64,000 nucleotides of DNA from Octopus bimaculoides. Taxonomy: Eukaryota. Made by a program: the position numbers and the translations under genes. Positions 13,221 to 27,097 of the stretch are shown here, piece after piece. The stretch spans positions 199,205,348-199,269,347 of the forward strand of contig NC_068981.1 in assembly GCF_001194135.2 (NCBI RefSeq). The letters run 5' to 3'. Below the pieces are notes generated by a model. The model was not told the origin of the DNA. It ran no database searches and worked only from the letters and a program-made list of their open reading frames with translations. Within the stretch, counting starts at the first letter, position 1. Each line of letters opens with the position of its first letter.

Positions 13221-14396
13221 ACCTACCAACCTACTTAGCTATTTACCTACCTACCTACCAACCTACTTAGCTATTTACCTACCCACCTACCAACATCTCC
13301 CTCCCACTCTCTCTCTCTCTCTCTAGCTATCTGCCTATCTGCCCCCCCCTCTCTATTTCACTGCACTATGATTATTCCTTCCTTCCTTAACCACTCTCTA
13401 AATTAAATGTGTTCACACTAACCTGAACTTTAACTTTTAAGTTATTTTTCAACTTTTTACTTCCTCTAGCTTAGTAACAATGGGCCATATCTACCGTTGC
13501 CAGCCATGTGAAGGCATGACAGCCTTGAAATCACAGCAAATCTGAAGAAGCTATAACATCTTGTCTCTGGACTCCATATCTGCATCAAGTAAAAGAATCC
13601 AATCAGCTTTGATGAATATTTATCGATGTTCAAAAGAAATTGCTGATGAATGTTTATTGATGTTAATTGGTATCATATTTCAGAACTGGTAATTAGATGG
13701 TTGAGAACTCTACAAAAAATATAGTCGTCTAATTTGATGCCAAATTTAGCAAAGAATTTTTTTGTCAAAGCATTATTTTCAATACCCTGTGTCAAAGAAG
13801 GTAGTTTATACAAGTTTAATTTGTTGAATAATGGCTGGCAAACGATACCATCTTCACTGAATGATGACCATTATAAAAATAATGAGTCTTAATATAGGTT
13901 TAATTTCAATTTACATTTTCCCTATTTAAACAACCAATTAGAAGAGAGAATGTTACTTCTCCCCTTCAAAGATGACACAAACACACAAATATAATCATTA
14001 TTAGTTTAGAGAATTCTTCAACAGTTCAATATAAACTCATTCAATTATTTCTATTACAATAATTTAGCATAATAATAATAATTTTTTGGTTAGCATATAG
14101 TTTTGTTCAATTGATAATTAATAATTTAGGAAATAATCAATAAAAATATTAATTTCTTTGTCTTATTGCAACAACATCAAATCAAAAACATTCATACATA
14201 TTAGAAAATAATTTCAGTTCTCTTTGGGGAAAGACCAGTGAATAGATGTGTACCATGTGTTGATGCTCAGGCTTTAGGCACTTGGAAACTAAATTTTTAA
14301 CAAAAGGTCTTATCACTATGAGACAATATGTAAAAAAAAATGTTTTAATAAAAGAATATTTACATACATATTTTTAGTCTCAGTCTCTCTCTGTCT

Positions 14397-14436
<40 letters not shown>

Positions 14437-14519
14437 GTAAAACTATATTATATTATATATAGTTCTCTCTTTTTTTTACCTTTTACAGCCTGTTGATGAT
14501 AACCACTCTCTATTTTATT

Positions 14520-14660
14520 TACTTCTTACAGAAAATCCCTCACAGTCAAATTGAAAAAGAAAACAAAACCATTGATATTCCATTTGTATGCACCTACAAT
14601 TCTAGAAATAATAACATCTTATGCTTGGCCAAATGATACCTTCCAATCTTACACCAATGA
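14520..14660 (+). mobile_element. Penelope-like RT C-terminal fragment
   Basis: IPFVCTYNSRNNNI resembles the LPYVST..PRN segment of the Penelope copy at about 38550. Confidence 0.4.
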
Positions 14661-15669
14661 GGTGTACAAGATTAAATGGAAGCTCCTGAAACAACAGGAA
14701 CCATACCTCAACAGAAGCAGTTGATGCAAACTTTGCTTCGCTGCCCTCATGAGAAAAAATTCATGTCAGAGTCCTGGAATTTCCTGCTTGTTGCCTAGCA
14801 AATGAAAATTGTGCATAAAACAACCCTTTCTGGATATAACTGGAACCAGTGAAAGGAAGATAACTCCATCTCACCCAAATGGGATGTCAGTTTGTAAAAT
14901 TTTGTTACAGGATTTTTTTTTTACAACCCTGGCTAACCAAGACTATCCCTATCTCCATTAATAGAGAGGTTATATGCCTCAAGGCAGCATTCCTGGCAAG
15001 TGGCCATATTGCTTAGAGCATTATAGATGCAAAACCTATTGTAAAATTTTGACTGGCCATAAACAGTGGCTACATTAAATATATATAAGTATTAATACTT
15101 CACTTTTATGTTACAATGAAATAATTTTACATTAAACTGAAGAATTATTCAAATATATATACATATATATATAAAGTCATCGTCATCATTTAACATCTGT
15201 TTTCCACGCTGGCATGGGTTGGATGATTTGACTGAGGAATGGCCACTGCGATGTCTTGTGTCTTCAGAAATTAATACTATTAGTTTGATAATCACATCTG
15301 ATATGGTAAAGATGTTAAAACTTTCTTGATGTAAAGTTATTGATGGCTGAAGTTAATGACAATCTTGTTTTAATAAACATTTCAAATTTTGAAACCAGTA
15401 AAGATTTTTCTCACACATCAAATGTATTCTTGAGTTATTTCCACCTCATTATATTTCACACCATTTATGTTAAAAGTGAAGAATAAGTTGACTAAATGAT
15501 CATGAGTTGCTGGTTGGGACATGCCCTACAATAAAGTTAGGCAGTGGCTACTCAAAATAAAATTAGCAACATTAATTATCAAATATAAAAGTAAATCATT
15601 TCTGGTTCATCATAAAAAATAATTAAATGCTTAAAATTCAATAACAATTTACTGACAGACAAGCACAAC

Positions 15670-16030
15670 TTCCTAGACCAATAACATGTAAGCACAACAG
15701 ACCTGATATAGTGATTTGGGATAGAGAAGAGAAACTGGGCACAGTTGTGGAGATTAGCTGCCCAGCAGGTGTTAACATAAAGCTGAAGATCAGTGAAAAA
15801 GAGAATAGCTATGCTGAACTATTGAGAAATCTACAGTTACTCTATTTAGATTACAAGTTCAGGTTTATACCTGTAATTATTGGGGCCCTGGGATATGTAA
15901 CACATTGCCTAAATACCAATCTTGAGAAATTAGGCTTCTCAAAACCAGAATGGAGAAAGCTAATTTGAAGACTACAGATCCAATCCATCACTGGAACTGT
16001 TAAAATCTGTAAAACTGTCCGGAAGTTTAT
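15670..16030 (+). mobile_element. RLE domain fragment of the same family as 11697-13060
   Basis: IWDREEKLGTVVEISCPAGVNIKLKISEKENSYAELLRNLQLLY is nearly identical to ORF 12179-12532. Confidence 0.9.
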
Positions 16031-16075
16031 TACACACACTCATATGCATATATATGCACACATACATACTCATGT

Positions 16076-16123
<48 letters not shown>

Positions 16124-17699
16124 CTGTACCCACCCACTCACACACTTTCCAGCTCTTAACTGAATCAAACATCCGCTGCTGACCTGCTTGGTGACTGACA
16201 CAAACACATGCAATTATACACGCAGTATTTTACTGGTACTTTATTTCATCTAGATCCCTAGACGGATGAAAGCTAAAACTGATTCTGGCAAAATTTGAAA
16301 TCAGAACCTAAATATTTGATGCTAAACACCACTAGACATTTCAGTTGATTCTCTAATGGTGATTATACTAGTGATGTTGATAATGCCAGTCCATCAATCA
16401 TTCATAACACCTCACAACTAAAAGATACAAAGGTTTCTAAAATTTCAAACACAATTTTGTTATTTGTAGCACGGTAAATTCTGAGAGAACCTCACCACAA
16501 CCTCCACAACAACATACTGTCACATTAAGTTTGAATGGCAAGATAAATAAACTACAATTATAAAAAAAACATCTCATTATTATTACTTTTTTTTTGCTTT
16601 AAATTCAATGCGAAATATTTCCATCAAAATTATTTAATATTTCAGCAAACAAATCCTAAAAAATATTTAAGGAAGCATGTGTTTTGTTCCACATGTGATT
16701 TATGATATTAATCATGAGGCATGCAGGGAAAAAAGCCATCAATAGTTTGGGAGATGATAAACATGGCAGGATAATACAACATTTCTGCCCAAACCATCCG
16801 TTTCCACTTTTCAAATAAGAACCCCTTTCAATGAATATTGATAGAAAAAAAGAAAGAAAAGAAATCAATAAATAAAGTCAATTATATCTTGATTTAGCAT
16901 TAATGAATATTCATATTGATTAGAACATTTCAAGTTGCTAGAGTAAATGCATTTCTAATGAAATCAAACTGATTTCGTTTCAGTAACCTTCACAGTTCTG
17001 CCTTGACACATTCTATGGCCCACCACCAGCCAGCTCTTTCCTAAGAAAAATAAGATTCAAATGTAACTTACACATTTTCTTTTGGTTATCATTATTATTG
17101 AGTGAGGGAGCAATGCATACCATCAAAATAACACTGGGGCACAAATATTTGAAGCCTAATATACCCATCATGGCTACTTGTCTGATAAGGGTACACCAGG
17201 TACATGCATCACAACAATATATGTGTAACATGGTAATTTCATATCAAGATAAACAGTACATGATCTTGCAGGTGGGACCAAGTTAGAGCTTTCTTCAGGA
17301 TGAGTAGCCCATCCTGATCAAAAGTTCCCTGAATAAGAGTTAAGGGTGTTGAATGAAAACCCAATGTTTCCAGAAGTGAATTATTCAAATGCCAAAGAAT
17401 TCTTCTCAACACATAGCTATGATACCCCAGCCCATTACTTCTGCTCATGACCAGAGATGCACATACCATCAGCCACTAAGGAACGGTCAAACAACTGACA
17501 AGCAAGTCTGTGGTATTGAGCAGGAATATCACCATCACCATTTAATGTCTGTTTTCCAGTCAGTCCCTCATTCCTTGCAGATGAGATACTGTACTAATAG
17601 TTATGGTGCATCATTTGGTGCAGATGTGTCTCATGAGGTGACTTGCTAAAAGGCACCTCATTCTGTAATCTCCATCTTGCTTATTTTAATTTGAATATA

Positions 17700-17990
17700 T
17701 TTTGGTAAATGTCTGTAGTCAGTGGCATACAAGAGAAAGTGTGAGTTAGAATGAAAAATAGCTCTGTTATAGATAACGAACCTATTTACAATGTAAGAAA
17801 TAAGCAAAATGGAGATTGAAGAACGAGGTACCATTTGACGAGTCAGCTGATGAAACATCTGCACTAAATGATGTATCAAAACTATTTGTACAGCATCTCG
17901 TCTGCGAGAGATGAGGGACTGATAGCATGATGGACCAAAACGATTGCAGTGATTAATAAAGAATCCCGTGAATTCCATTTTCTTTCTCTC
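17700..17990 (+). mobile_element. Possible decayed R4/Dong-like C-terminal fragment
   Basis: A segment reading roughly SRLRE.EGLIA resembles the ETEGLI motif; many stops. Confidence 0.3.
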
Positions 17991-18060
17991 ACACAACCTT
18001 GCCCGGACTTTCTAGGTGCAATCCCAGGGTCATTCATGACCAAAGAGAATCTTTACCCTT

Positions 18061-18098
<38 letters not shown>

Positions 18099-20000
18099 TC
18101 CTAAAACCCAGTCACCTGCCGGTCTTCATAATTTAATAATTGGAAAATATATAAAAGGAGTTTAAGATATTTAGAGGAATTGCTTAAAAGTAGCCAATGA
18201 GGTTGCTGCTACGTGGTCACTCAATGAGCTAAGGATGGTATCCAAATCTTTCTCTCAAATCACACCCCACCATCTTATACAAGGGAACATCACATTTGAT
18301 AATGTAGCCCTAGATACATGTAAACAAACAGGATTGTCATGGTTTGAACACCTTTAATCAGAGTTTTGCAGGAGCAAGGTTGACCTAGAATTAATACCAC
18401 AGTAAGAGAATCTGGTGAGAGAATTCTAACATTTAACTTCAACAGTGGCAGTTATAATATTTCCGCTTTGAAACAAGGACCTGTCTGTGTAATCTCTTCA
18501 GACTTTTAGACTGGGCACACACTTGATAAGAATTATTTCCATTATTTTTGCATGTAGCAGAAGTGGTTCTCTTGGGACAAACTTTGGTACCACTAAAAAG
18601 AAATTTCAGGTTTTATGGATGTGACAATATTTCCTGAGAGTTGATTGACCTTCAAAAGTAGTTCTGATTGAGAAAAGGCCAAAATGTAAAATCAATAACA
18701 AACTTCTTAAAAAATTACCAATTTTCATGAGATTCTCATTGTCTTTCAATGATTTTCATCCTTTCACACAATTTAATGAAACAAATCTTCATTTTTATTA
18801 AATACCATTCAACAATTACAATTTAACATCGTTACTAAGAAGTAAATTAGATGTTTGACAAGTTAGTAACTCAACCATTTCTTCATGTCTCTCTATTGTT
18901 CTGACTAATAAACTATTTTCTGATGCTATATTTTCATAGTTCAATATTTTTAGGTTAGTTTTTTCTTTTATGGTTGAGGTAGGGTTAGGGGTCATAGAGG
19001 GAGCAGATGTGGAACAAACTGATGAAGCTAGTAAAAATGTTCATTATAATCTTAAAATTGCAAATTTAGATCTGTCTGACTTCTCTTTTCCTTTTGGGCA
19101 TTTTTTATTTTTAGAATTTACAGAGATTTTAAAACAAATTGAATAAAATTTTATTTGTGTAGAGTGAACGTTTTCCCATATATTGGCTGTGGTGGTGGTG
19201 GTGGGGGTGCTTCTAGTGATCCCATTTTCTCCTTATTGAGGATGTTTATTTCTTTATCTCAGAGACCATGGAATTATTCAAAAATAGGTCAATTAAACTG
19301 GAGACATTCACATGTTCAGTCCCAGCTTGATCCTCAAAACTTCTGTAACCATGACACGAGTATGTTGATAAAATAGGAGGCTGAACTGCAAGTGCCACGT
19401 GATGATATGTTGATGAAGATAACGATATATATGTAGTACACACACACACACACACCTATGTACATGTTTGCAGTGAGTAGTGTGGGTGTAGTCCATGTGT
19501 GTGTGTGTTTGTGTGTGTGTACTACACTTGCACAACTTCAAAGTGAACTTGAAGAGATTTGATCAGCAATTATAATAGTCTTTATTTAGCAGTTTATGGC
19601 AGGATTTGATCTCAGAACTGCAAATTAAAGGGGAAAAAATCAACAAATGAAACACTGAATCAAATACAAAGAATGACTTACATACGTTCTGAAATATACA
19701 CACATCAACGTACAAAGTCAGTCTCACACACACACACACACACACACACGTACGTACGTACATTTCTCTCTCACATACACACCTAAATATACACACATAG
19801 AGAATTGTGTTACAAAACTGCAAGTCTGAATGTAAAGTGATTGAGCAGTGATTTTGTTCAATCATATTTCTTATTGATTTTGTTCCAATCAGATTAGATT
19901 GAACAAAAAGTAAGTTACCCCACAGAGGAAACGAAAAAAAAAAAACTATTAACAAAAGTCAGAGAGAGAGAGAGAGAGGTGTCTACATTCATACATACAA

Positions 20001-20039
<39 letters not shown>

Positions 20040-20817
20040 TCGATAAAATTTTTCTTTTGGTTTGATGCATTTTTTATGAAGGCTCATAGAAGAACGATAT
20101 ATTCCTGCAAATGACATTTGGCACAATAAAAAAAGGTGCAGCTAAAATAGATCTGTTTAATGTACATTGTGTTATTAATGAAACAATTTGAAAGCTGCAA
20201 CTTAGGCATGAAGTAAAATATTAAATTATATGGAGGGTTGTACCAAAGAAACAGCTACACTGTTTCCCCCAAGAGAAATCACCATGCCTACATTGTGTTT
20301 GCAAACGAATAAATATCTTTTTTTTAAAAAAAAACTGGGAACTTTTACCAGGAATAAAATGATTGATTGTATTATTTCCCACTGACTTTGGAGTTGTTAT
20401 TAGAGTGGAAGTCTTGGTGAAAATGGAGACGTTTTAAATTTCATTAATATACTTGTTAAAAACTTTAAAAAATATAAAACTGAATGTAATTCTATACATG
20501 GCAAAGTGTCTGAGTGTTTTTCATTTTAAAATAACAAGTTGTAACTGTTGTTGTTATTGCTGTTTAGTTCTGGGAATGTTCTGATCCAGTAGAGCTATAA
20601 TCACGCACAAGCCTTCCAACTGTGACCATCCTGTCTTTTTATGAGTAAAGAACATCTACATTATCTAATATGTGTTTCCTTATCTCAGACAACAAAGAGC
20701 TGATGAGCTTTAATTTTAAGCAAAATTAGACGAGTATGGTGATCTTGCTCACTGTGTGTGTGTGGGGGGGTTATCTCCCTGTCAGTGCATAGACATGTGC
20801 TTCTTTGTGGCTAAGAG

Positions 20818-21125
20818 TCATCATCATCATCGTTTCACATCTGCCTTCCTTGCTGGCATGGGTTGCATGGTCTGACAGGAGCCAGCCAGGTAGAAGCCTG
20901 CACCAAACTTGTGTGTCTGGTTTGGCAGTTTTTGTGGCTGGATGCTCTTCCTAACCCTAACCCAGCAAAGTGGATTAATGAGTGCTTTTTATGTGACACT
21001 GGCACAGGCAAAGTCAGTTTTGGCATGGGTTTTAGAGCTGGATGCCCTTCCAAATTTCAACCACCCTACAGTATGGACTGGATGTTTTTTAAGTGGCTCC
21101 AACACCAGCCGGGTCACCAAGTAAC
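20818..21125 (-). mobile_element. RTE LINE 3' end with (GAT)n tail and an internal duplication
   Basis: 'catcatcatcgtttcacatctgccttccttgctggcatgggttg'; 'ggatgc(t/c)cttcc' occurs twice. Confidence 0.8.
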
Positions 21126-21448
21126 TTTGCAAGGGGAGGGGGCATTGGAGGAGGTGATCTTGTGTCAGATGATGAAAGGTTAGAGTGAGAGAGAGAGAGA
21201 GAAAGGTGTCTCGCTGTAGAGGAGGTACAAGGTTACCCAGCCAGAAAGAGAGAGACAGAGAGGGAGGAAGACAGAGGGAGGGAAAGAGAGAGGGAGGGAG
21301 AGAAAGAGAGTTAACAAGAAAGAGGTCAGGAACTGGTGTGCTGCTGTAAAGGCAACAGATGGTTACCTAACAAGAGAAGGAAAGAGTTGACAAGGAAGGA
21401 GGGCAGAAACAGGTGTGCTGCCATCGAGGAGATGCATGCTTGACTAGG

Positions 21449-21483
<35 letters not shown>

Positions 21484-21532
21484 CATACATAATCGCTTAA
21501 CGTCCACCTTCCATGCTGACCTGGGTAATATA

Positions 21533-21567
<35 letters not shown>

Positions 21568-21628
21568 CATATGCGTACGCACACGTGTGTGTGTGCATGA
21601 AGAAGCACTCAAACATCTTACAAATGTA

Positions 21629-21690
21629 AGCTGATATCTATATCTGATATCTATATCTGATATCTATAAGCTGATATCTATATCTCTATA
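21629..21690. repeat. Short 13-bp tandem repeat (tgatatctatatc)n
   Basis: Directly visible, about 4 units. Confidence 0.8.
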
Positions 21691-22724
21691 CTTTTGTTAT
21701 TTAACAGTCATTGAAGTGTGATCAAGTTAGGACATACCCTTTGAGTGTTTTAGATGGTTATGTCATCTATGGTGGTATTATGTGTCTGGAAGTTATCAAC
21801 CTTGAAATTCAATGACAGGGAAATCGCCTCAGCTACCCCCCCCCCCACCATTACCGTCGCCTCTGCCGCTATCACAACTACAGCTCATACGATTACTATC
21901 ACCCCACTATTATCACATCCGTCAATCTACTACCACCCTCACTGTCTCTAACCTTACTGTTACTCTCACCCCAACATGAAGAATAGAAGTGTCATTGAAT
22001 AGAGAGAGAGGGGTCAAAGTGTGATACACTGACACACAAATTTGTTTTGAAGAAATAGAGTGAAATGACACATGAGCACTGAACCATCAGGTAATTCTTT
22101 CGCAATGTTCAGATGGCTTTTAGTCTTCCAGGTCAGCTACCTTTCTCTCAACTATCAGGTGGCTTTTAAGCTGGTTCCTGTGGAGGACTTTTCATTGGGC
22201 CCAATAATGACACTTCATGTATTTAGTACATATTAAATTTTATTAAACTTGAACAATATTTTTCAAGCAATGAACAGTTTTCATCAAAACAATGATATAA
22301 TTTGTCAACTTGGAACTTATTGCAAAGCTGCATGATAAACAACATTTGTCTTCCCATTCGGGGGTCAGTACAATATTTTTCTATCAAACCTGCCTTTCTT
22401 TCTTTCTCTCTCTTTCTGTTGATTGTTTTCAACCATCACCACCACCAGTACCACCACCATACTCCACCACCATCACCACTGTCTTTCCCATCGCTTACTA
22501 TCTCTGTCATCCCTGACTACCTTGGCTACCACCACCACCATCATCATGGCCTCCATCACAACTGTCAATCTACTACCACCCTCACCGTCTATACCGATTG
22601 CTACTCTCACTCCAAGGGATAATGAGGAATAGCAGAAGTGTCATTGAATAGTGAGAGAGGGGGTCAAAATGTGACACACTGACACAGAAATTTGCTTTGG
22701 CATTTATTATTATAGATATATGTG

Positions 22725-23605
22725 TCACACCCTAACAGTGGAGGGAACCTGTGGAAGAGGTAGTCCCAGGAAGACCTGGGATGAGGTGGTGAAGCATGAC
22801 CTTTGAACATTGGGCCTCACAGAGGCAATGACAAGCAACTGAAACCTTTGGAGATATGCCGTACTTGAGGAGACCTGGCAAGCCAAGTGAGACCATAACC
22901 GTGGCCTATGCCAGGGTAGCATAACCAGCCCATTTTAGAGTACCCTTCAATCATTGGACAATAACCTGTGCTTGAGAAGACCTGTTGAGTCAAGTGAAAT
23001 CATTTTCGTGGCCAATGCCAGTACTGCCTGACTGGCTCTTATGCCGGTGGCATGTAAAACACCATTCAAGCATGGTCGATGCCAGCACCGCTTGACTGGC
23101 TTTCATGCCAGTGACACGTAAAAAGCACCCACTACACTGAGTGGTTGGCATTAGGAAGAGCATCCAGCTATAGAGACATTGCCAGGTCAGATTTCAGCCT
23201 GGTGCAACCTTCTGGCTTGCCTCAGTCAAACCGTCCAACCTATGCCAGCATGGAAAGCAGATGTTAAACGATGATTACATATGTGTGTGTGTGTGTGTTT
23301 GAAAAGACACATCAAGCCAAGTGAAACATGGATGTCCTTGCATACAAGCATATCCCTTGCATCCCTCTCAAGCTAACCCTAACCCTAACCTTGTGGGCTC
23401 GTTGGTGCTGGTGCCACATAAAAAGCACCCGTACCAGTGCCATGTATATGCACCCATGCCAGTGCTGCATGAAAACACCCAGTACACTTTGTGAAGTGGT
23501 TGACATTAGGATAGGCAGCCAACCATTAAAGCCATGCCTAAGCAGGTCTTCAGCTGGCCGGCTCCTGTCAAACTGATGTTAAATGATGATCTAGATGATG
23601 ATGAT
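22725..23605 (+). mobile_element. Two 5'-truncated RTE copies (22725-23275; about 23395-23605)
   Basis: GTCGRGSPRKTWDEVVKHDL C-terminus followed by the 3' UTR and a (GAT)n tail. Confidence 0.85.
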
Positions 23606-23784
23606 GATCGTTATATATATATATATGTATAAACCTGACAAGCTAGGTTCCTGTAATGAGCCAACAGAACTTTGGGGCTGATTAAAACTTTTCCAAAGAA
23701 TGAAGAATGTAACTCCGACCAAATGTGTTGTGTGCCTCTTTCTCTCAGTTGCCAACTTACATGTATGGACATGTGTTTGTGTCT

Positions 23785-25385
23785 GTGTGTAGCTGACATG
23801 GAGAAAGCCTTTGACAGGGTTCCCTGGTCCCTTATCTGGTGGTCAGTGCAGAAACTAGGGATAGATGAGTGGTTAGTGAGAGCTGTACAAGCCATGTACA
23901 GGGATACTGTCAGTAAGGTGAAGGTTGGCAACGAGTATAGCAATGAATTCACTGTACAAGTAGGAGTTCACCAACAATCAGTCTTCAGTCCCCCTCTTGT
24001 TCGTTATAGTCCTTCAATCAATAACAGAGGAATTCAAGACAGGATGCCCCTGGGAGCTCCTCTATGCTGATGACCTTGCTCTCATAGCTGAATCACTTCC
24101 ATGACTAGAGAAGAGATCTCAGGTGTGGAAGCAAGGTCTACAATCAGAGTCATAGAGTTAATCTAGCAAAAACCAAAGTCTTAATAATAAGTAGGAAAGT
24201 GGACAAATCACAAATCCCTTCAGATAGATGGCCCTGCTTGATCTGCAGAAAAGGTGTAGGCAGAAACTCCATAAGATGAACCCAGTACAAGCTGTGGACA
24301 CATAAGAGGTGCAGTAATATCAAAGAAAGGTTAATAGGGAAAATAGTCTTTGTGTGTGACAGATGTACAGATACAATAAAAAGAAACAGAAAATAGAGCC
24401 TATCAAATACCTGCAGGGACACCTAGAAGTAGTTGATAGCTTCCATTATCTAAGTAACTGCTCTGAGAATGAAGTTGCTAGAATAAGGATAGGTTGGGCA
24501 AAGTTCAAAGAGCTTCTACCTCCATTGGTAACAAAGGGCCTCTCCCACAGAATGAAAGGCTGACTGTATGATGCTTGTGTGCAAACAACCATGCTCCATG
24601 ACTGGAAAATGTGGGCGGTGATCAAAGAGGACATGTGAAGGCTTGAAAGAAATAAAGCTAGTATGCTTCGCTGGATGTGCATTGTCAGTGTGCACATATG
24701 ATAGCGCAAATGTCTTGCAGAAAAAACTGGGCCTAAGAGGTATCAGGTGTGGTGTGCAAGAGAGAAGACTGTGCTGGTATGGCCATGTGATGTGTAGGGA
24801 TGAGGACAGCTGAGTAAAGAAGTGCCAATCTCTAACTGTGGAGGGAAATTGTGAAAGAGGTAGACCCAAGAAGATACGGGATGAGGTGCTGAAACACGAT
24901 CTTCGAATGTTTGGGCCTAACAGAAGTAATAACAAGTGACGGAGACCTTTAGCGAGAAAATTTGTAAAGCCAAGTGAAATCACAGTCGTGACTGGTGCCA
25001 GTGTCATGTGAATGGCAGCCACAAAATTATAATTGTTGCCATTGCTGATAGCATGATCTTTGGATGTCAGGCCTCATGGAGGCAATGATGAGCAAGCAAG
25101 ACTGTCGGTGATATACTCTGTGCTTGAGGAGACTTGTGAAATTCTAGTTGTGGTCATTGTCAGTGTCATGTACATGGCACCCATGGAATTGTAGTTGTGG
25201 GCATTGCTGGTGACAAACAGCAGCCATTACATTCTCAGAGTGGTTGGTGTTAGGAAGGACATCGAGTCACAGAAACCCTGCTGTATCTGACTGGAACCTG
25301 GTGCAGCCCTCTGCTTTACCAGTTCCAGTCAAACTCTAACTCATGCCAGCATGGAAATGTTATGTTAAATGATAATGATGATGAT
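23785..25385 (+). mobile_element. 5'-truncated RTE LINE (RT to tail)
   Basis: DMEKAFDRVPWSLIWW, a YADD motif at about 24064, VNLAKTKVL, CRKGVGRNS and IRIGWAKFKELLP; 3' UTR and tail. Confidence 0.92.
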
Positions 25386-25399
25386 ATATATGTATATAA

Positions 25400-25540
25400 T
25401 CATCATTGTTTAACATCTGCTTTCCATGCTGGCATGGGTTGGACAGTTTGAAAACTGGTAAGCTGGGGAGCTGCACCAGGTTCCAATCTGATTTGGCACA
25501 GTTTCTACAGCTGGATGCCCTTCCTAATGCCAACCACGCC
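25400..25540 (-). mobile_element. RTE 3' end, tail-to-tail with the preceding copy
   Basis: 'catcattgtttaacatctgctttccatgctggcatgggttgg...ggatgcccttcctaatgccaaccac'. Confidence 0.85.
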
Positions 25541-25829
25541 AAAATGAAGAAACAAAAGACGAGGACACTCAACGCATTTAGTAGCTGTTGCTTATTTTAC
25601 TTAAAATGGTTTGATTCAGTTCCCTGTTACTTCAAGTTCCACCAGCCCCTAACAGGAGGCCATCTTTAGGTTCTTTGAACGCCAAATGCAGAAACTTGAA
25701 GTATCATGGAACCAAATCAAACTGTTTGAAATAATATATATTTATATATATATCCTGTTGCTTATTTTGATTATATATGCATGTGTGTGTATGTGTGTGT
25801 GTGTTTAAAAAAACCTATGCTTCACTGGA

Positions 25830-26665
25830 TGAATAATGTCAGTGTGCATGTATGACAGAGTGTAAGTGATTTGAGAGAAAAACTGAGTGTATGAGGCTTC
25901 AGATGTGGTGTGCAAGAGAGAAAGCTGTGCTGGTATGGTCATGTGATGTGTATGAAGGAAGACAGTTGCATTAAGAGGTGCTGATCTTGACATTAAACGA
26001 TGATGATAATATATATACACTCACACACAAACCCACACACACATGTATACAGATAGATAGATAGATACATATATATACACACACACACACACTGTCACAG
26101 CCTAGAAGTAGGGGGGAACCTGTGGAAGAGGTAGACCCAGGAAGACCTGGGATGAGGTGGTGAAGCATGATCTTCAAATGTTAGACTTCACAGGGACAAT
26201 GACAAGTGACCAAGACCTTTGGAGATATGCTCTGCTTGAGAAGTCCCAGCAAGTCAAGTGAGACCATAACCCGTGGCCTATGCCAGTGCAGCATAACCGG
26301 CCCATCAAAGAGTACCCTTCAATCATTGGACAATAAACTGTGCTTGCGAAGACCTATTGAGTCAAGTGAAGTCATTGTTGTGGCCAATAACAGTACCACC
26401 TGATTGGCTCCTATGCCAGTGGCACGTAAAGAGCACCATTTGAGCGTGGTCAATGCCAGTGCCACCTGACTGGCTCCCATACCAGTGGCATGTAAAAAGC
26501 ACCCACTACACTCTCGGAGTGGTTAGCGTTAGGAAGGGCATCCAGCTGTAGAAACTCTGCCAGATCAGATTGGAGCCTGGTGTAGCCTTCTAGCTTGCCA
26601 GTCCTCAGTCAAACCATCCAACCCATGCGAGCATGGAAAACAGACGTTAAACAATGATGATGATA
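25830..26665 (+). mobile_element. RTE 3' portion split by a CA/TA microsatellite tract (25830-25985, 26105-26665)
   Basis: C-terminal coding segment continues across the interruption; full 3' UTR and tail. Confidence 0.85.
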
Positions 26666-26883
26666 ATATAATTAATGACACAGAAACCTACTATATACAG
26701 TGTGAATACACACCTAGAGTATAGTTCATTAGATTAACTCATATTTACTTATTTATTGAATATAATTTAAAAATTGCTATTTCTTTTTTTTCACTTTGCA
26801 AGTAGCCTGAGTTTGTTGAAACTGTGTTTAAATTGATAAAGTTAATGCTTCATTTGTTTAAATTGTTGTTATTAAAATTGTAT

Positions 26884-27097
26884 TTAAATTGATGTCATTA
26901 ATGTTTTATTTAAACTGTTGTTAACATTGTGTTGCAGATTAACATCTGCAGGAAAGAAGATTCCAGTGGTCAGTATTCTTGGAAGTAACATAATGGTTGG
27001 TGTGAGACTGGGGTTGGAAAGCTGAACACAAGGGTGAAAAAGTGGGGCGAGATAAGCTGCTCCGAGGTACTCAAGATGTGGAAGGGCAAAAGGTCTT
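26884..27097 (-). CDS. Candidate terminal coding exon of an unknown gene
   Basis: GC-richer island in very AT-rich DNA; open frame RPFALPHLEYLGAAYLAPLFHP...LMTSI*; pyrimidine-rich acceptor 'ctcttctctcacaattacaaag'; AATAAA at 26752-26757. No homolog recognised. Confidence 0.2.

Noticed and set aside
14694-14785. Minus-strand segment with a good acceptor and 'GAG|gtatgg' donor
   Set aside because: All three frames contain stops
23370-23390. (CCCTAA)-type telomeric repeats
   Set aside because: Only about 3 units. The similar 2-unit tract at 20951 lies inside an RTE 'ccttcctaac' block. Too short to call an interstitial telomere
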